Below, one piece after another: positions 48,316 to 58,559 of a stretch of 64,000 nucleotides of DNA. Location of the stretch: sequence record NC_018859.1; one strand, written 5' to 3'. Each line of letters opens with the position of its first letter. Position 1 is the stretch's first letter. Source of the DNA: Escherichia phage ECBP2. Below the pieces are notes generated by a model. It saw only the letters and a program-made list of their open reading frames with translations. It was not told the DNA's origin and searched no databases. The position numbers and the translations under genes were made by a program.

Positions 48316-48527
48316 TAGTAATGTACCTTTCCGCTGATATAGAAACGACCTGATTTAAAGTCTTGAGCTTTGTGGATAGTGATCTTATTAATTGTGCTTT
48401 CACAACTTAACAAGAACTTCTTATGAGCGCGAGCTTCTTGACGGGTATTCCTAATACCCATTGACTCTGTACCACTGCTCCAGTGAATACGAACTACCCA
48501 ACGTCTTTTCATTGTTCCAAACTCCAT
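48315..48527 (-). CDS. small protein, paralog family member
   Basis: 70 aa; see 46020..46235. Confidence 0.45.
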   Translation of the reverse strand: MEFGTMKRRWVVRIHWSSGTESMGIRNTRQEARAHKKFLLSCESTINKITIHKAQDFKSGRFYISGKVHY

Positions 48528-48718
48528 TATCTGTCAACCGATTTAGGGACAAACTGCATTACACAGACCTGATTACGAGGGAGATTTATTTCACAAGCGG
48601 CTCTTCTCGTCTCAATCTTAACGCTAGAATCTGGACCAACGTTAGATATAAATACTCCCATAGCAAATGCCCCAACTACAAAACCAATAGCTAAGTAAGT
48701 AGCTTTTTCTTCTTTCAT
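48527..48718 (-). CDS. small membrane protein
   Basis: 63 aa with one hydrophobic helix. Confidence 0.35.
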   Translation of the reverse strand: MKEEKATYLAIGFVVGAFAMGVFISNVGPDSSVKIETRRAACEINLPRNQVCVMQFVPKSVDR

Positions 48719-48723
48719 CTTGG

Positions 48724-49257
48724 TTATACACCTTTAGATGCAACTACACCTTCAGAGTTATTATAACGACCCTTCACTGCATAGGAGTGTTCCCCTGCAT
48801 GAGAGTGCTCAAACATCACCATCTGACCAACACGCATACCAGCACGAACTCGTAAGCTGTGGTTGTGAGTAACGTTATGGAATTCAAAGGTTAGCTTACT
48901 GCTATTAAACCCTGCATCAGCCCAACCAGCATGAAGGTGGTTCAAACCACAACGAGCCATTGAGGAGCGGAGTACAAACAGGCTTGAGATATTATCTGGA
49001 AGGTTAAACTCTTCCATCGAGTGAGCTAAGAAGAACTGTCCCGGAGTGATAACGATACCATCTTCAGGGATTTTTACTTCTTTCCACTTGAGGTTTTCTT
49101 TAGCATCAATGTCAACAATGCCGTCAGCCTGTTCTTCAACAAGGATAGTATCACCAATACGGATATCCACGCTAGCAGCGTTAACATATTTATGCTCCGC
49201 ATCTAAAAAGCCATTATCAATAACGCTGTGTAATTCTTGAGAACCTAAAAGACTCAT
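48724..49257 (-). CDS. dcd: dCTP deaminase / dUTPase-family protein
   Basis: SVDIRIG and RSSMARCG segments typical of the dCTP deaminase family. Confidence 0.75.
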   Translation of the reverse strand: MSLLGSQELHSVIDNGFLDAEHKYVNAASVDIRIGDTILVEEQADGIVDIDAKENLKWKEVKIPEDGIVITPGQFFLAHSMEEFNLPDNISSLFVLRSSMARCGLNHLHAGWADAGFNSSKLTFEFHNVTHNHSLRVRAGMRVGQMVMFEHSHAGEHSYAVKGRYNNSEGVVASKGV

Positions 49258-50702
49258 GAGTTTCTATTTCCTTGTACAGATGATGCCAAATTGTTAATCA
49301 TGTTGCGAGCTGTTTCACGAGATAGTGTAACACCTGCTAAGTTGTTATGAAGCTCACCAGATAGTTCACGAGCAGCAGCTCGAAGTTCTGCACCAAGTGC
49401 AGTGTCAGAGTGAGCCAGACCGTTACGACGACCGACAGGTCGAGGAGTATTGTTAGCATCATTAGCTAAAGATGGAAAATCAATACGAGCAGCTTCACGA
49501 GCCGCTATCGCTGCTACTCGATCTTCCGTAGGGGTTGGCAAATCACCAACTTCTACACGTTCTATATCACCAGCACATAGACCCTGAACAACTGAGCTTA
49601 CTGTTTCCCATGAACGATGAGAACGCTGTAAATCACCCATTGACGGAGAAGGAATAGGACGAGCAGTTCCCCCTTGAACATGCCATGTACGGTTGTGGGT
49701 GTCCGTCCCAGAAGAACGTGCACTACCAAAACTACCATTAAAAGTATTACGAGGGTCCATTGTAGAAGGGGCTGCGAATCTTGGGACTTCCTGTTGCCAA
49801 GAGTCACGTCTGTTGGTTCCCGGAGTCCAAGGTTGTGTGATTGCTTCAGCACCGATAGTGGTTAATCCACTAGACCATTCTGTCTGTAGGTTAACTTCCT
49901 CGTCCAGATAACTACGACCCCTTTCCTGAGGAATGTTTAATATAGTTTCCATCATCTTCAGGGTATAATGACGACGCTGATTCTGATATAAATTTACACC
50001 AGCCATAGGTCCAACTAAATCACTAATCAGGTGAACTTCTGGCTCACCGAAAGCTCCCATTGCAAGGTGCATATATTCGGTAGAACTGCTATAAACTGCA
50101 ACAGTTGCTTCAGGCCACTTCTTGTGAACGTACTTCATTTCACGACTAGATACCACAGGAATGTCACGAGTGTATGACATTGCAAACAAACCTTCGTTTG
50201 ACACATACAGATTACCAAGAGTCATAAACCCTTGACAGATCATAGGGAAGCGACGGCTTAAAGTATCCATATCCAAAGGTAGATTAATCATCATCTGGAT
50301 TTTAACTTGATCAATCTCAATTTCCAGAATCTCTTGGAAAGTGAAAAGCGCTTCAGCATAGGTTGTCCCGTTAACAGGCTGAATTAGTCGAGATGTAACT
50401 TGAAGCCCCTTACTCTCTGTCCAAGACAAGAAGTTGTCAAGGAACAGTGCAGCATTACTTACGTTAGCAGGGCTGTTTTCCTGACGAGTGTTCCAACGGA
50501 ATCCCCCTTGAACTAGGAAGATATCAACATCATTCGGAGTTCGATTTTGGAAGAACGTATCACGGATAGCACCACCTGCAATGACAGGATAGATACCATC
50601 AGGGACTACGTTATCTCTGATCAAATTACGAATTAGGTCAAGCCCTACACTGAGGGCTTCTCCTTCTTGAAGGTTCAATTCAGACAATGGAATCTTAATC
50701 AT
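49254..50702 (-). CDS. nucleotidyltransferase with CCA-adding/poly(A)-polymerase-type head motif and disordered C-terminal half
   Basis: GGAIRDTFFQNRTPNDVDIFL matches the GGxVRD...D.D head motif; the C-terminal ~200 aa are Ser/Arg/Gly/Thr/Ala-rich. Confidence 0.5.
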   Translation of the reverse strand: MIKIPLSELNLQEGEALSVGLDLIRNLIRDNVVPDGIYPVIAGGAIRDTFFQNRTPNDVDIFLVQGGFRWNTRQENSPANVSNAALFLDNFLSWTESKGLQVTSRLIQPVNGTTYAEALFTFQEILEIEIDQVKIQMMINLPLDMDTLSRRFPMICQGFMTLGNLYVSNEGLFAMSYTRDIPVVSSREMKYVHKKWPEATVAVYSSSTEYMHLAMGAFGEPEVHLISDLVGPMAGVNLYQNQRRHYTLKMMETILNIPQERGRSYLDEEVNLQTEWSSGLTTIGAEAITQPWTPGTNRRDSWQQEVPRFAAPSTMDPRNTFNGSFGSARSSGTDTHNRTWHVQGGTARPIPSPSMGDLQRSHRSWETVSSVVQGLCAGDIERVEVGDLPTPTEDRVAAIAAREAARIDFPSLANDANNTPRPVGRRNGLAHSDTALGAELRAAARELSGELHNNLAGVTLSRETARNMINNLASSVQGNRNS

Positions 50703-50704
50703 TT

Positions 50705-51253
50705 CTACATTTTCCAGTTGAGAGATGGGGGATTCTTATAATCAAATCCTGCCATTTGGCAAAGACACATATAAACCTTAACTGTTAAGTTAACGTCTTG
50801 CTCACAATATGTGAACATGTCTTCAGTGAATGCATCCCATGCTTCTTCCTGCTCACCATAATCACCCTTCAGCTCACCCAGAAATTCGCCCCATTGCTTG
50901 AGGCCGTGACCACGAGGGCCATGTCTTGGGTCGCCTTTGGGATATTCTGGATTGTCTCCAATACGGTCAGGCTTGAGATAACGACTCAGGCAAAGTGTAT
51001 CGAAAACATTGAAGTGGAAAGGTATTACATGAGAGTAGAATTTAAAGAGAGCTGGAAGGTCGAAGTCGATAATGTTATGACCTACAACTACATCAGCTTC
51101 TTTCAGTTTGTGAAGAGCTTCTTCAATTTGGTGAGGGCGATACCCCCACCGTTCACCTGTAAGAGCATCAAATATCCAGATACACCAGACATTTTGGATG
51201 CCCTCATAGAGATTATCACCCTCGATATCGAAGGCGAATATTTTCTTTACCAA
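50705..51253 (-). CDS. 3'-5' proofreading exonuclease (T7 DNA polymerase exo-domain-like), separate gene
   Basis: [10 protein letters not shown] (Exo I), [12 protein letters not shown] (Exo II), YCEQD (Exo III); TTG start 7 nt after GGGGAGG, overlapping the helicase stop. Confidence 0.7.
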   Translation of the reverse strand: MVKKIFAFDIEGDNLYEGIQNVWCIWIFDALTGERWGYRPHQIEEALHKLKEADVVVGHNIIDFDLPALFKFYSHVIPFHFNVFDTLCLSRYLKPDRIGDNPEYPKGDPRHGPRGHGLKQWGEFLGELKGDYGEQEEAWDAFTEDMFTYCEQDVNLTVKVYMCLCQMAGFDYKNPPSLNWKM

Positions 51254-53037
51254 GGTCGTGCCTCCCCGTCTTGTGTGAGCAGAGAAGCTGCATCCTCACC
51301 ATTGGTCAAGACAAACGGATTAGCTTCATCAACTTCATGATCTTCTCGTTCTACAAGTCGACCTGTTTCATTGATGTACTTGGTGTAGCAAACACCTGTC
51401 TGACCATAGTTACGCTCTTTGAGGAGTCGTATGATTGACAAGTTCTTGCCTAACCCATCAGCTTGCTTATCTCGTTCAAAACCAATGATGCACTGACACC
51501 AACGCATTAGTGAACGTGAACCAGTGAACTGAACCTCTTTCACCTGTCCACCTTCTTCGTGAGGAGCACCACCTGCCGGAGCATTCAAGTGAGATAATAC
51601 AAAAGCAGTGAAGTCTAATTCCTTACACATACCAGCAAGCTCTGAGGCAATCTTACTGATTTCTGTATTCACTTCAGATGGGGTTAGGTGAGAGACTAGC
51701 GCAGTGATGTTATCAAGAATGATAAACTTACACTGATTCTCGACTACCCAGAAGCGAATACACTGCTTAATATCATCCCACTCATTCTGACCGAAGTTAT
51801 CATACAAGAAGAATTTATCAGCATAACGAAGTGCTTCATCACGTAGCTGAGATTCCTCATATTCAACATCAGGTCGGTGGAAAGGTACAGATGCTGACTT
51901 ACCTGCAATGTTTTTAACAGACATGCCTACCTTCTCTTCCAAGAAGAAGCCACCACCATTAAACCCATGTTCAAGGCAAAGCCATGCTACCAGTTCGTGT
52001 GCGATCAGGGTTTTACCTGAACCAACACCACCACCGATTGCAACCATCTCTCCCCAACGAATACCGAAGGTCATTTCATTCAGAGTTTTCCACGGATAAG
52101 GAATACCCCACTCCGCTTTCTTCAGAGCATCTTCTAAACAATCAAAGACAGTAACAGCACCAGCAGGTGATTCCCGCTTCGCTGAATATTTCAGATTGTT
52201 GAATAACTCTTGACCTCGACCAGCGAGTAACATGTCATTTGCATCTTTGATTTCCTTCTCTTGACCATTGTAAGTGAAGGTTCCTTTCGGAATACGAGCA
52301 AATTTAACATGGGGGTATAATGCACGACCTTTAGTTAATGCAATCTCACCTGCATCATCATTGTCCATGCAGAGCACAATCTCCTCAAAACCATTCAAGA
52401 AGTCACGGTTACGTGAGAGAACGGAAGAGATTGAACCTGCACCAAACGGTAGAGATACACACGCAGGTTTGATGTTTGTAGCGTTCGTAAACGCAGTGAG
52501 CACATGGAAGCCAGACATACAAGAGAGTGGGTCTTCAAAGATGAAGAGCTTCTTGTTGTACACGTCACCACGTTGTGCTTGAGCCATACCGAATAGGTCA
52601 GCTTCTTTAACACTGCCGATGTAATAGAATTTCTTGCTGTCCAGAAGCTTAACTTCATAACCAACAATGTTTCCATCACGTTCACGAGGGAAGAAATAAC
52701 TATCAGGAGTTTGCCCATCCGTCTGACTTAAACCGATACGACATTCATATCGTTCAGAGACAGCTTTAGGAATCAAACGACGAGTAAGCTCGCCCTGAGG
52801 TAGCTCTAAGCAATCGTCTAAGATCTCTCGGAGTTCTTCAGGGGATAGTTCTTTCTTCTCATTCGGTGTAGGAGTTGTTCCCTTTTCGAAAACTTCATAA
52901 CTGCCACAACGATTACAACTGCCCCACTCTTCACCGGACTCTTCGTTTCGGAAGAGAATCATGTGATTGTGGGTCTTATCACGACCATGAGAGATACATT
53001 CCTTACAACCTGTATCTCCTAGGATGATCTTTGACAT
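51247..53037 (-). CDS. primase-helicase (T7 gp4-like)
   Basis: N-terminal zinc ribbon CKEC...CNRC, central TOPRIM-like region, Walker [10 protein letters not shown]; RBS AGGAGG. Confidence 0.85.
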   Translation of the reverse strand: MSKIILGDTGCKECISHGRDKTHNHMILFRNEESGEEWGSCNRCGSYEVFEKGTTPTPNEKKELSPEELREILDDCLELPQGELTRRLIPKAVSERYECRIGLSQTDGQTPDSYFFPRERDGNIVGYEVKLLDSKKFYYIGSVKEADLFGMAQAQRGDVYNKKLFIFEDPLSCMSGFHVLTAFTNATNIKPACVSLPFGAGSISSVLSRNRDFLNGFEEIVLCMDNDDAGEIALTKGRALYPHVKFARIPKGTFTYNGQEKEIKDANDMLLAGRGQELFNNLKYSAKRESPAGAVTVFDCLEDALKKAEWGIPYPWKTLNEMTFGIRWGEMVAIGGGVGSGKTLIAHELVAWLCLEHGFNGGGFFLEEKVGMSVKNIAGKSASVPFHRPDVEYEESQLRDEALRYADKFFLYDNFGQNEWDDIKQCIRFWVVENQCKFIILDNITALVSHLTPSEVNTEISKIASELAGMCKELDFTAFVLSHLNAPAGGAPHEEGGQVKEVQFTGSRSLMRWCQCIIGFERDKQADGLGKNLSIIRLLKERNYGQTGVCYTKYINETGRLVEREDHEVDEANPFVLTNGEDAASLLTQDGEARPW

Positions 53038-53073
53038 GCTCTATCCTCCTTGGAATTCCTTGAGCAGACTTCT

Positions 53074-53379
53074 TCAATAAAACGAACGTATTTCTTCCCA
53101 CACATCATCTTGAAGACTTTTAAAACCCTGTAAAGCTGATTGGGTTCTCATGATAAAATCTTCAGAATGTTTATTGCGGTCAAGCATACTGACAAACTTA
53201 TCATAACGGTTAATCTTCCACCGTAACTTTAAGTAATCAGACTCAAGCTTTCTCAGCTTCTGTCGCTCAATTACTGTCATCCTGTTCACCTGCCAGATAC
53301 GCTGTCCAATCACCAGATTCAACCAGAACATCTTGTTCTTCGTCGATATGATAAATCCACGCTTCCACAGTTTCACCAC
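53074..53379 (-). CDS. hypothetical protein; start probably internal
   Basis: 101-aa ORF whose 5' end overlaps the upstream gene. Confidence 0.35.
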   Translation of the reverse strand: MVKLWKRGFIISTKNKMFWLNLVIGQRIWQVNRMTVIERQKLRKLESDYLKLRWKINRYDKFVSMLDRNKHSEDFIMRTQSALQGFKSLQDDVWEEIRSFY

Positions 53380-53698
53380 TATCCAGCACTACTGGAATTA
53401 GTGTACGATTATAGAAGGTATATGGGTTGTCTTTACCACGATAACCTTCCAGACCGTCATATGGACCTTCCAGACCAGCTTGAGTTGTTTCAAACACTTC
53501 CACACGAACAGGCTTACCATTACTGTCATGTTCCAGAGATACACTTGGGAAGTATGCTGTGCAATACTGATACAGGTTACAGTTGTTTACTGTCCACCCT
53601 TCACCAATAGACACACCACCTGCACGAGCGTTGATAGCGTGGTTGTGTTGACCTTTACGAAGAGAACCATACGTTGCAACTAATACTTTATCAGACAT
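53267..53698 (-). CDS. gamma-glutamyl cyclotransferase-like (AIG2/GGCT fold) protein
   Basis: N-terminal VATYGSLRKG (YGSL motif) and downstream LEGYRG; RBS AAAGGT. Confidence 0.5.
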   Translation of the reverse strand: MSDKVLVATYGSLRKGQHNHAINARAGGVSIGEGWTVNNCNLYQYCTAYFPSVSLEHDSNGKPVRVEVFETTQAGLEGPYDGLEGYRGKDNPYTFYNRTLIPVVLDSGETVEAWIYHIDEEQDVLVESGDWTAYLAGEQDDSN

Positions 53699-53702
53699 TA
53701 CA

Positions 53703-53900
53703 TTACCTTTTGTTTAGAATTTCTTTTGTACAAGAAGTCCCGTTACACACGAGAATTGTTTGAGTTACAGAATCGACAACCGTTACATGGCTGCCACATT
53801 GAGTTATAATTTGACCTCTCCCTGAATCTTTAGAGATGCATTCATCAGCGGCGATTGCTGATACGCTGAATAAGGAGAGGAGGAGTAAAATCTTTTTCAT
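53703..53900 (-). CDS. small secreted Cys-rich protein
   Basis: Signal peptide MKKILLLLSLFSVSAIA followed by six Cys in 45 aa. Confidence 0.4.
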   Translation of the reverse strand: MKKILLLLSLFSVSAIAADECISKDSGRGQIITQCGSHVTVVDSVTQTILVCNGTSCTKEILNKR

Positions 53901-53906
53901 GACTGT

Positions 53907-54323
53907 TTACCAATCGTATAGGAAACCAGAATATCCGGAGAAAATGATTGATCGAACATCTTTTTCAGAGATTAGTTCAAAACTCTTCTTAACAGCTTCC
54001 ACAAGATCACTGTTCGACAATTCTTTTTCCTTGAACCAATACTCTTCAAAAATATCAGAGAAGGTGTAGGTTCGATATCTCTCCAAGTCATAATAATGGT
54101 CTACTGCATAGTTAATAACTCTGCTGATAGAGCTAGAAGCCACAGGGAAAAGGGAGCTGTGCTCCATAAACAGGCACCAGCGATTAAAGAGTGGTATGTC
54201 TTCATCTTTCAGAAGACTCTCTAGCTCTTCCTTTGCCTCTTTCTTATGCTTCTCAAAGAGGTTTTTGGAATACTCTACGTCTAAGATACGACTTTTAAAC
54301 ATATCCAGTTTATTATCAACCAT
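53907..54323 (-). CDS. hypothetical protein
   Basis: 138-aa ORF. Confidence 0.45.
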   Translation of the reverse strand: MVDNKLDMFKSRILDVEYSKNLFEKHKKEAKEELESLLKDEDIPLFNRWCLFMEHSSLFPVASSSISRVINYAVDHYYDLERYRTYTFSDIFEEYWFKEKELSNSDLVEAVKKSFELISEKDVRSIIFSGYSGFLYDW

Positions 54324-54379
54324 TTACAACCTCCAGTTAAATTCGAACTAGCCTCCTCTTTCGAAGAGGCTAAAGCAAA

Positions 54380-54565
54380 TTATTCTACTTCGAAGTGTTT
54401 GATCACACCAGTCAACACATCAGATTGGAATGTACCTACCAACTCCACTCCTCGGAAGAAGTTAACACTTGTTCCAAGCGATTCAAAACGCTCTGCTTGA
54501 ATATCTAGAGATTGAATATTACCTTCTGAGTTTACTGTACGAAACATGATTGTGTATTTATTCAC
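54380..54565 (-). CDS. hypothetical protein
   Basis: 61-aa ORF. Confidence 0.35.
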   Translation of the reverse strand: MNKYTIMFRTVNSEGNIQSLDIQAERFESLGTSVNFFRGVELVGTFQSDVLTGVIKHFEVE

Positions 54566-54804
54566 AGAGTTGTTACTCCCTTATCTTCTTGTGCAATTGC
54601 GATGATACGCTCAACACATTCCATTGAATATTTATCACCTCGTTTAAGGAAGGTGACAATTGCAGAGAACTGATTACCAATCATTCTCTTGTTTGTGATT
54701 CCAAACTCTTCACAGAGTTGGTTAATAGCTTTACGAGAACCAACAATCAGAGGTTCTTTTTGTTCGGTCATTCCACGACTGATCAAATCTTCGATAGACA
54801 ACAT
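54562..54804 (-). CDS. hypothetical protein
   Basis: 80-aa ORF. Confidence 0.35.
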   Translation of the reverse strand: MLSIEDLISRGMTEQKEPLIVGSRKAINQLCEEFGITNKRMIGNQFSAIVTFLKRGDKYSMECVERIIAIAQEDKGVTTL

Positions 54805-54829
54805 TACAAATTCCTTTTGTTTTTTTTAA

Positions 54830-56077
54830 TTACAGAGTTACTGCTACTTCACTACCTTCAACAGTTACAGACTCTAACTTACGAGGGTTATTAATCTGTG
54901 CTGGATGGACTGGAACGTTCCAACCACTGCGGTAGAAGTTACGACCATCGCAGAACAGAATGACATTGGCAGACATTGCATTAGGTTGCAGGTTGTTGTA
55001 AACATGACGAATATTTGCAATCCAGTAACCACGAGACAAAGTATAACCAGTAGGTGCATTACGAATAGTTTGAGTATTCATCTGACCTTCCAGTTGCATT
55101 TCTTCAGGAACCACATCAACTGAATCAACCGGTTGTGCTACTTGGCCTTCCAGTGCAAAGTTTTCATCGTCAGCACTTTCACTGTCAGCAACCAACTCAC
55201 CGTCTCCGTCTTCGATTGGAGCTTCAACAGGAGTCTGGTAAACTACTTTATACTGAGGAGTATAGAGAGGGTTTTGAGCTTTAACAAACTCAAGGATGTT
55301 GTGACGGTAGATATCCAGAGTTGTGCCAGTTAGGCCCGGTGCTGTATTAACTTCCAGTACCCATGCTTCTTGACCTTTGGTGATGATATCAACTGCACCG
55401 AAATCTAGACCCATTGATTCAACAGCTTTCACTGCGTTGATCAGAGAGGCATCGTTCGGAACGTCTGTGAAGGAACTTGAGTAAACCCAACCAGTGTGAT
55501 GGTTACGAACATCTTCACGATAGTTAGGGTCTTCACGATAACCGTTACGACGAATCTTTTTCTGAACATAGGTGATAGCACCTTTGAACACATGGACACG
55601 CCATTCACGACGTGGGCCTTGAATGCCTTTAGTGTACAGTTCAGCTCGACCAAGACCATCACCCGGTTCTACAACAACAATGCCCGAACCAGAGTGACCA
55701 GTCAGCTCATGGCGCTCATACACAATATTACCAGTGTTTGACCACTCTTGAGCAGTCTCTTGAACATCTGTGTATTCCACAGTTTTAACACCTGCTTGGC
55801 CCATCACGCTGAAAGCACGACGTTTGTTCGCTGCCATATGTAAGGCTGCGGTACGGTTAAGGACGGTTGCAGAACCAAAGAATGATTCAGGATAGCGACG
55901 GTTCCCGTAGTTAACAACCACATCACCTTCACGAGAACGCCAGCGGCTATTCTCTGAAAGAAGACCCATCACGTTAGCATTGATGCGTTCATCACGGATA
56001 GTATCACTGATAGCAGATACCAGAGCGTTAACAGAATCAGACGGGCCATACGGAAGAACACGGATACGAGTAGTCAT
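54830..56077 (-). CDS. ATP-grasp ligase (RimK/GshB-like)
   Basis: GHSGSGIVVVEPGDG and WVLEVNTAPGL segments typical of ATP-grasp enzymes; RBS AGGTA. Confidence 0.65.
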   Translation of the reverse strand: MTTRIRVLPYGPSDSVNALVSAISDTIRDERINANVMGLLSENSRWRSREGDVVVNYGNRRYPESFFGSATVLNRTAALHMAANKRRAFSVMGQAGVKTVEYTDVQETAQEWSNTGNIVYERHELTGHSGSGIVVVEPGDGLGRAELYTKGIQGPRREWRVHVFKGAITYVQKKIRRNGYREDPNYREDVRNHHTGWVYSSSFTDVPNDASLINAVKAVESMGLDFGAVDIITKGQEAWVLEVNTAPGLTGTTLDIYRHNILEFVKAQNPLYTPQYKVVYQTPVEAPIEDGDGELVADSESADDENFALEGQVAQPVDSVDVVPEEMQLEGQMNTQTIRNAPTGYTLSRGYWIANIRHVYNNLQPNAMSANVILFCDGRNFYRSGWNVPVHPAQINNPRKLESVTVEGSEVAVTL

Positions 56078-56078
56078 T

Positions 56079-56309
56079 TTAGATACCTTTTAGTTTAAGA
56101 ATTTCGTTACGACAGGATTGAATTTTAACTTCGATTGCCCAATACTCGGCGAACATTTCGTCTTCTTGGTCATCGTTTGGTGAATCAATTAGGTTGAAAG
56201 CAAACGGATACAGCTTTCGCTGCTCCGTCACCATTTGTTGAAGTCGGAGCTGTTGATACTCCAGCATTGTCAGGTGAGGCTTAGCTCCCTTGCTTGACAT
56301 GAGGCTCAA
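56079..56309 (-). CDS. hypothetical protein
   Basis: 76-aa ORF. Confidence 0.35.
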   Translation of the reverse strand: MSLMSSKGAKPHLTMLEYQQLRLQQMVTEQRKLYPFAFNLIDSPNDDQEDEMFAEYWAIEVKIQSCRNEILKLKGI

Positions 56310-56514
56310 CTTTAATCCCCTTCATTTTCACGTAGTCAGCCAACACGTTGTTAATAACGGTTGGAAAAGGGATTTCAACTGGAGAGTCAACCAGCTTCCC
56401 AATACCTTCTTGCATCCACTTCTGAATGGCTCGAAGGTTATCACATCCTGTGCTTGTCATTGGGATACGTCGAGTAGTTACAACGTTATCCAACATCAAT
56501 TTACGAACTTCCAT
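56281..56514 (-). CDS. hypothetical protein
   Basis: 77-aa ORF. Confidence 0.35.
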   Translation of the reverse strand: MEVRKLMLDNVVTTRRIPMTSTGCDNLRAIQKWMQEGIGKLVDSPVEIPFPTVINNVLADYVKMKGIKVEPHVKQGS

Positions 56515-56525
56515 AACTTCACCTC

Positions 56526-58559
56526 TTAATGTTTACCTTTACAGTAATCTGAATTACAGATCACCCTGTTTTCTTTGTTTAGTGAGCAAATTTCTGCATC
56601 ACGCCACGGAATTTGTTTATAACAGACTGCACAAAACCCAATTGAAGTCCAGAGGGCTTTTGTGAACTCAGCTGTTCGTTGTCCGTCGTAACTGACAACT
56701 GTTTTTCGGAGAGTTGTTTGCTTTTCTGGAAATGTCTCCGCTTTCTCAGCGGGCACCTCCTTTGGGGCATTCTTTGGACCATAAACAGAGATGGCATAGG
56801 TATCGCCACCACGTTTTTCCAAATAAGAGTTTGGAACATCAGACAATTCAATGTCACCAGAACGTTTAGCTGAGCTGACCATTACAATCATCCGGCTAAG
56901 CATACGCTGATCAACACGAACTGCTACTTCAGGGCGGCGTGGGTTAGTTGTGTCAACTGCTTTAGTCCAAATGTAACCTTCAGACAATGTAGTGTTAGTC
57001 ACTTTGTCTTTGATTTCTTTGGCACAGACATAACAAATGTCTTCACCACGCAGTTTACTCATTTCATTATCAAACTCGAAATCAGTTTTAACATTACCAC
57101 ACACAGCACAGACACCCAAAGGAATGTCTTCATCTTCTTCAGATGGTTTGGAGAGTGCTTCGAAACAGGCCGGATGCCAATATGCTTGGTAAGCGAACAC
57201 AGCTTTCTTAGCATCTTTCCAATCAATGTGCTTATCACAACCACCACAATCACCGTGAGAATGTGATTCCCAGAACTTACGAGTGACTTCTACACCATTC
57301 TTAGTGATGAAGGAGTCTTCTAAGTCAAAAGGGATATCATCATCAAAATCAGCGGTGGTGCTTTGAGGCTCCTTATCGGTAGCGTCAACAAACAGCCCTG
57401 AAGTTAGTACGAGGCGAATCATACTGTCCACTTCGGAGATACAAGCAACTGTCCCGCGATACACTACCTTTGGGTTTTCGAGAGCCTTCAAGTACTCACT
57501 CTTGGCTACATTATGAACATCACCCTCAACATATTCTTGAGCAGCATCATCATAAATATAACCAACCATCTTACCACGGTCAGTGTTGTTGTAAGCATGG
57601 AACTCGTGAGGGATGATATCCACACGACCATCACGACGATATGGAAGACCACGATCGGCAGCCAGTTTATTCTGATCTTCAATCGCTTTACGACGGCGAA
57701 TGTCTCCGCTTGTCACGCCGGGCTTGTCGTCTTTGTTTCCGTAAATGTCGCTTGTGCTGCTGCTTGATTTGTTTGTCTGTTGGCTCTGATATAGTGAGGA
57801 GTTCGAGTAATAGCCGCCCCAGCGACTCGTTACCGTAAAAACCGGAAGCTTGTGCTCCACCTCTTGAGTCAGAGTCATACGGTTGCCAGACAAATCAAAG
57901 ATGTATTCAGTTCCCACTTTACACTCAAAGTGATCATTGATACGGTTCTTGTGTGACTTGGAACGATTAAGAATCCACATCAACATATCTTCTTCAGAAG
58001 CACCAAACCAATCCAGACCACAACGGGCCAGATGGAAAGGACGTTCATCGTTACGAATGATATGCAGAGTATTGTCTTTGGCGTCATGCCAGATTAAAGT
58101 GAACGCACCATCCAACTTCTGGATAGTCTCTGCTGCACCAATGGTGTTGATTGAATGACAGATGTTTTCGCTATCAACTTCGAAGTTCTTATGGTCAGGT
58201 AACAGCTCTTGGTCCATCAATGTACCATTGTGAACCAGAGTAATGTCACCATGAGAGAACGGGTGAGCATTTCGAGCATTGACAGCGCCACGAGTGGCAT
58301 GTCGGCTATGACCAACAATCCACGCTGGAGGAACTACATAGTTCGTAAGCCCCTTAGTAATATTCGTGTACTCTGTCTGAAGCATGAAAGCATAAGAAGG
58401 AAGTGCTTCTTTATAAGAAAACACTCTTGCATCACTTTTACGCTGACCGAACACACCAGTTGAGTGCTGACCACGGAAGACTCCGGCATACAGAAGCTGG
58501 TTGAATACGTCTAAGTCTGTGGAGGTCATGTTGCCCCCAGCTAATACGATACCACAAAT
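56526..58559 (-). CDS. class II (Ntn-type) glutamine amidotransferase with Cys-rich zinc-ribbon C-terminal region; probable non-ATG (ATT) start
   Basis: FRGQHSTGVF, GHSRHATRGAVNARNAHPF and VHNGTL match class II motifs. The frame upstream of the first ATG (58529) reads K-I-C-G-I-V-L-A-G-G-N after a TAG, giving the canonical CGIV N-terminus with AGGTGG 8 nt upstream of ATT. Confidence 0.65.
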   Translation of the reverse strand: MCGIVLAGGNMTSTDLDVFNQLLYAGVFRGQHSTGVFGQRKSDARVFSYKEALPSYAFMLQTEYTNITKGLTNYVVPPAWIVGHSRHATRGAVNARNAHPFSHGDITLVHNGTLMDQELLPDHKNFEVDSENICHSINTIGAAETIQKLDGAFTLIWHDAKDNTLHIIRNDERPFHLARCGLDWFGASEEDMLMWILNRSKSHKNRINDHFECKVGTEYIFDLSGNRMTLTQEVEHKLPVFTVTSRWGGYYSNSSLYQSQQTNKSSSSTSDIYGNKDDKPGVTSGDIRRRKAIEDQNKLAADRGLPYRRDGRVDIIPHEFHAYNNTDRGKMVGYIYDDAAQEYVEGDVHNVAKSEYLKALENPKVVYRGTVACISEVDSMIRLVLTSGLFVDATDKEPQSTTADFDDDIPFDLEDSFITKNGVEVTRKFWESHSHGDCGGCDKHIDWKDAKKAVFAYQAYWHPACFEALSKPSEEDEDIPLGVCAVCGNVKTDFEFDNEMSKLRGEDICYVCAKEIKDKVTNTTLSEGYIWTKAVDTTNPRRPEVAVRVDQRMLSRMIVMVSSAKRSGDIELSDVPNSYLEKRGGDTYAISVYGPKNAPKEVPAEKAETFPEKQTTLRKTVVSYDGQRTAEFTKALWTSIGFCAVCYKQIPWRDAEICSLNKENRVICNSDYCKGKH

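Noticed and set aside
44902-49257. Evidence for hypermodified thymidine or cytosine DNA
   Set aside because: ThyX and dCTP deaminase point to ordinary dTTP synthesis; no hydroxymethylase, glycosyltransferase or base-modifying transferase signature was recognised, so no DNA modification claim is made.
56526-58559. Amidotransferase as PurF, GlmS or asparagine synthetase
   Set aside because: No phosphoribosyltransferase motif, sugar-isomerase domain or SGGxDS PP-loop was seen; the C-terminal region is instead a Cys-rich zinc-ribbon array, so it is left as a stand-alone class II amidotransferase.
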